Below, piece after piece: positions 60,230 to 64,000 of a DNA stretch of 64,000 nucleotides. Source of the DNA: Eggerthellaceae bacterium (GTDB lineage: Bacteria; Bacillota; Clostridia; Lachnospirales; Lachnospiraceae); the NCBI GenBank assembly GCA_963598855.1, contig CAVBVT010000002.1:12580-76579 (forward strand), in the 5' to 3' direction. A model generated the notes under the pieces. The model saw nothing but the letters and a program-made list of their open reading frames with translations, was not told the DNA's origin and ran no database searches. The position numbers and the translations under genes are program-made. Positions within the stretch are counted from its first letter, which is position 1. Every line of letters begins with the position of its first letter.

Positions 60230-62488
60230 ATGAAACTTTACGATACCGGTGTTTATCTTCAGAACGGCCAGGATATCATTCCTGAGAACCAGGCGAACCT
60301 GCCTGCAGCAAAGGAAGAGGCTGCCAAGAATACCATCGCATATTCAATTCTCAAGGCTCACAATAAATCTGATAACATGGAGAAACTTCAGATCAAATTC
60401 GATAAACTGACTTCCCATGACATCACATTTGTAGGAATCATCCAGACAGCAAGAGCTTCAGGACTTGAGAAATTCCCGGTACCATACGTACTGACCAACT
60501 GCCACAATTCCCTCTGTGCAGTAGGCGGAACCATCAACGAAGATGACCACATGTTTGGTCTCACCTGTGCGAAGAAATATGGTGGTGTTTACGTACCGCC
60601 TCATCAGGCAGTTATCCACCAGTTCGCAAGAGAGATGCTTGCAGGCGGCGGAAAAATGATCCTCGGTTCCGACAGTCATACAAGATACGGTGCACTTGGA
60701 ACCATGGCTATGGGCGAGGGTGGCCCGGAGCTCGTGAAACAGCTTCTCTGTCAGACATACGACATCAACATGCCAGGCGTAGTTGCCATCTATCTGAAAG
60801 GCACTCCGCGCCCGGGCGTAGGACCGCAGGACGTTGCACTGGCCATCATTGGAGAAGTTTTTGCCAACGGCTATGTAAAGAACAAAGTTATGGAGTTCGT
60901 TGGACCAGGTGTTGCCAACTTAAGCGCAGATTTCCGTATCGGAATCGATGTTATGACAACAGAGACCACCTGTCTTTCCTCCATCTGGCAGACAGACGCC
61001 AAGATCGAGGAGTTCTATGCGATCCATGGAAGACCGGAAGATTATAAAGAACTGAAACCAGGCAATGTTGCATACTATGACGGATGCGTTGAGATTGACT
61101 TGAGCGAGATCAAACCAATGATCGCAATGCCGTTCCATCCAAGCAATACCTACACCATCGACGAGCTGAAAGCAAACCTGGACGACATCCTTGCAGATGT
61201 TGAGAAGAGAGCACAGGTAAGCCTCGATGGAAAAATTCCGTTCACATTAAGAGATAAGGTAATCGACGGCAAGCTTTATGTTGAGCAGGGAATCATTGCC
61301 GGATGTGCAGGCGGCGGATTCGAGAATATCTGTGCAGCAGCAGACATCCTCAAGGGCAAAAACATCGGCCACGATGCCTTTACATTAAGCGTATATCCGG
61401 CAAGTACACCGATCTATATGGAACTGGCTAAGAACGGTGTTCTTGCAGATCTCATCGGAACAGGCGCAGTTGTGAAAACTGCATTCTGCGGACCGTGCTT
61501 CGGTGCCGGAGATACACCAGCCAACAATGCGTTCAGTATCCGACACACAACCAGAAACTTCCCGAACCGTGAAGGCTCCAAGATCCAGAATGGACAGATC
61601 TCTTCCGTTGCACTTATGGATGCACGTTCCATTGCTGCAACAGCTGCAAACAAGGGATTCCTTACATCAGCAGAAGAGTTTGACGGAAGCTATTCCGAGC
61701 ATAAATATTACTTTGATAAATCCATCTACGAGAACCGTGTATTTGACAGCAAGGGCGTAGCAGATCCAAGCGTAGAGATCCAGTTTGGTCCGAACATCAA
61801 AGACTGGCCGGAGATGGCTGCACTTGCAGACAATCTGATCCTGAAAGTCGTTTCCGAGATCCACGATCCGGTTACTACAACAGATGAGCTGATCCCATCC
61901 GGTGAGACGTCCTCTTACCGTTCCAACCCGCTTGGACTTGCAGAGTTCACACTCTCCAGAAAAGATCCGGCTTACGTAGGCCGTGCAAAAGAGATCCAGG
62001 CAGCACAGAAGGCAATCCAGGCAGGCCAGTGTCCGGCTGAGGCAGTTCCGGAACTGAAACCGGTTATGGAGACCATCCATAAATCTTACCCGGATGTTGA
62101 CAAGACCAACCTTGGTGTAGGAAGCACCATCTTTGCAGTGAAGCCTGGCGACGGTTCCGCAAGAGAGCAGGCTGCATCCTGCCAGAAAGTACTTGGCGGC
62201 TGGGCAAACGTTGCCAACGAGTATGCAACCAAGCGTTATCGTTCCAACCTGATCAACTGGGGTATGCTTCCATTCCTCATCCCGGCTGGCGACCTTCCGT
62301 TCAAGAACGGTGACTACTTGTTCTTCCCGGGAATCCGCAAAGCTGTCGAGGAAAAAGCAGACGTGATCAAAGGCTACACAGTAGACGGCGACTCCCTGAA
62401 AGAGTTCGAAGTTACACTTGGTGAGCTGACAGACGATGAGAGAGAGATCATTCTCAAAGGCTGCCTGATCAACTACAACCGTAAATAA
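60230..62488 (+). CDS. ybhJ: Aconitase-family hydratase (YbhJ-like)
   Basis: [53 protein letters not shown]. Confidence 0.88.
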   Translation: MKLYDTGVYLQNGQDIIPENQANLPAAKEEAAKNTIAYSILKAHNKSDNMEKLQIKFDKLTSHDITFVGIIQTARASGLEKFPVPYVLTNCHNSLCAVGGTINEDDHMFGLTCAKKYGGVYVPPHQAVIHQFAREMLAGGGKMILGSDSHTRYGALGTMAMGEGGPELVKQLLCQTYDINMPGVVAIYLKGTPRPGVGPQDVALAIIGEVFANGYVKNKVMEFVGPGVANLSADFRIGIDVMTTETTCLSSIWQTDAKIEEFYAIHGRPEDYKELKPGNVAYYDGCVEIDLSEIKPMIAMPFHPSNTYTIDELKANLDDILADVEKRAQVSLDGKIPFTLRDKVIDGKLYVEQGIIAGCAGGGFENICAAADILKGKNIGHDAFTLSVYPASTPIYMELAKNGVLADLIGTGAVVKTAFCGPCFGAGDTPANNAFSIRHTTRNFPNREGSKIQNGQISSVALMDARSIAATAANKGFLTSAEEFDGSYSEHKYYFDKSIYENRVFDSKGVADPSVEIQFGPNIKDWPEMAALADNLILKVVSEIHDPVTTTDELIPSGETSSYRSNPLGLAEFTLSRKDPAYVGRAKEIQAAQKAIQAGQCPAEAVPELKPVMETIHKSYPDVDKTNLGVGSTIFAVKPGDGSAREQAASCQKVLGGWANVANEYATKRYRSNLINWGMLPFLIPAGDLPFKNGDYLFFPGIRKAVEEKADVIKGYTVDGDSLKEFEVTLGELTDDEREIILKGCLINYNRK

Positions 62489-62508
62489 AATACAGAATAT
62501 ATTCTGAC

Positions 62509-62541
62509 AGACCGGCGAGATAAAAATCGCCGGTCTTTTTT
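62509..62541 (+). terminator. Intrinsic terminator after the hydratase
   Basis: AGACCGGCGA / TCGCCGGTCT-TTTTT. Confidence 0.85.
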
Positions 62542-62729
62542 CGGGAAAGTTCAACAAAAAATGTAACAAAAAATTAAAAAACTGCGCAAGGGAGAAAACC
62601 GTATTAATATACTCTATAACCGCCTGGATAGGGATGGCCGAAAAGAACAGGTTGAAGCCAATTGCTGCACATGCTATCCTATAGACAAACCATCGGTAAA
62701 TATTCTTAAAACAGGAAAAACATAATAAG

Positions 62730-62892
62730 GGTAGGAGCGGAATAAAAAGAATTTTCAGCAGTGCAAAAGAATATGGTCTTCCCGAACCGAAAATCCAGGA
62801 AACTGAAAGAATATGGAATGCTCGTCCGGCATGGTTCTCCTAAAAATGGCTACTGGGAAGTCATAAACAGAGAAAAGCCTTCAGTGGGATAA
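62730..62892 (+). pseudogene. Remnant of an AlbA/HATPase_c_4 (RecG C-terminal-like)-winged-helix gene
   Basis: Frame 1 SGIKRIFSSAKEYGLPEPKIQE; shifted frame KLKEYGMLVRHGSPKNGYWEVINREKPSVG*. Confidence 0.65.
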
Positions 62893-63024
62893 TTAAAATT
62901 AACAGAAAATAATGAAAAATACAAACAAATAATAAAATATAAACACATAAAACAAATAATAAACAAAAATATTGCAATAAAAATACAGAAATGTATTGAC
63001 AAAACAATACAACAGTGTTATTAT
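62893..63024 (+). promoter_or_regulatory. Strong sigma-A promoter with a long A-tract UP region
   Basis: TTGACA (62996)-17 nt-TATTAT (63019) with extended TG, preceded by about 100 bp of A-tracts. Confidence 0.75.
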
Positions 63025-63029
63025 AAGAC

Positions 63030-64000
63030 CATCAAAAAGAACAAGAGAAAAAACAAATCAAAAAGAATTAGAAATTCATTCAATTCATAGCATAGATGCA
63101 CATGAAAGGATGAAGAGAAGAAAGGACAAGGTGATTCCAGTGGGAACATAACAAACAATTTCATCAATATGAGAGTGACAGGAACCGGATTTCCTGCAAG
63201 AAAGACCTGATACATATCACATAATGATATCCCTTAAGACACAATAGTTTCTCTCATAAGATATAAATAAGAACCTCTTAAATCTTACTTATATTTTAAC
63301 AGTAGTTAAAATGAGAGAAATCAGAAACATAAGGAATCCAGTATTCTAGGTATTATAGACTCGGTAACTCATATTGAACAACTGTCACACACCTGATACA
63401 GAGATTTCAGGAAATATGTAAAGAAATATTTCCCGAAAGAGTAAAACCCTCAGCTCACTGGTTCGTTGGAAAGAAGAGATTCCAGGAACAGACGTGAAGA
63501 TGAGAACGATACTTTGAAAGGCATATCAGCAACTTCAGAATATGGCTTGAAGCTTTGCATCAGAAGAATATCTGATAGGATATTATAATAGAAGTAATCG
63601 GGAAGGAACTTTTTTTTCAGGATACTTTATCAGAACTGCAGAGGAGAAAATCCCAATAGGTCGATTTGAATCAGCAGATCATAAAGTTCAGAGATGACAA
63701 ATGGTTTTGAATTTAAGAAGTTAAGTCCAAAATTATTTAGGAAACAGAAAAAAGTATAACCACCGCAATTCTTCAAAAAATAAAAAGGAAATCTGACCTC
63801 GTAGAAATGGATTTCCAAATCTATAGAACTTTCTAAATAATCGAAGATATGTCCATATATCAATCGTTTATGAGCAGGAAATAATACGAAGGAATTGAAA
63901 AAGAAAAGATCAGGAAAACTTAATACAGAGAATCGGAATTATTTTATTAAGTATATAAAACCAAAGGTTTCGATTGATAAATAAGAAGTATAACCAATAA
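63030..64000 (+). ncRNA. Candidate large structured non-coding RNA or very long leader, truncated by the window end
   Basis: No + strand ORF of 60 aa or more downstream of the promoter; many local and long-range stems separated by A-rich linkers. Confidence 0.5.

Noticed and set aside
700..62569. Long antisense or overlapping ORFs in the track (e.g. 700-1650, 5146-6525, 18365-19792, 20788-22077, 40567-41793, 44966-45952, 55235-56239, 61667-62569)
   Set aside because: They shadow well-supported genes on the opposite strand, have no motifs or RBS, and are explained by codon bias
62620..62682. Small stem GGATAG/CTATCC with inner TGGC/GCCA
   Set aside because: Too short to separate from chance and matches no motif I recognise
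63021..63863. Minus-strand ORFs 63021-63215 and 63630-63863
   Set aside because: Phe/Leu-rich read-outs of A-rich + strand sequence, with no RBS and opposite to the strong promoter
62893..64000. Start of an rRNA operon or an origin of replication
   Set aside because: No 16S 5' end (AGAGTTTGATC) or tRNA within 1 kb of the promoter, and no cluster of TTATCCACA DnaA boxes

Overview
Chromosomal window from a low-GC Gram-positive gut anaerobe; the gene content and protein style suggest Lachnospiraceae (Blautia-like), which is an inference. Mostly core genes: end of a GH51 arabinofuranosidase, an aldo/keto reductase, a TPP-riboswitch-led thiW-thiM-thiE operon, Lrp/aspA, a SWIM-SNF2 helicase, an NSS transporter, apbE, upp, L10 leader-rplJ-rplL-rpoB-rpoC, a Ser/Thr kinase-PP2C-unknown protein triad, a cell-envelope cluster, cysK-Rrf2, pstSCAB-phoU-phoR (no phoB), TetR-DUF308-radical SAM, an NCS2 permease, a small Rpn/DUF3791 islet, aminotransferase-LDT-ddl-murF, gdh/RpiR and a YbhJ-type hydratase. 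No rRNA, tRNA, CRISPR array or intact transposase was seen. The most unusual signals are non-coding. (1) A near-consensus promoter at about 63.0 kb drives about 1 kb of ORF-free, AT-rich, densely base-paired sequence with group I intron-like motifs that runs off the window. (2) An unassigned attenuator lies upstream of the purine permease. (3) A second, half TPP aptamer sits in the thi leader. (4) Two families of dispersed palindromic repeats occur. (5) Several deletion scars are present. All structures were read by eye, with no folding or database searches.
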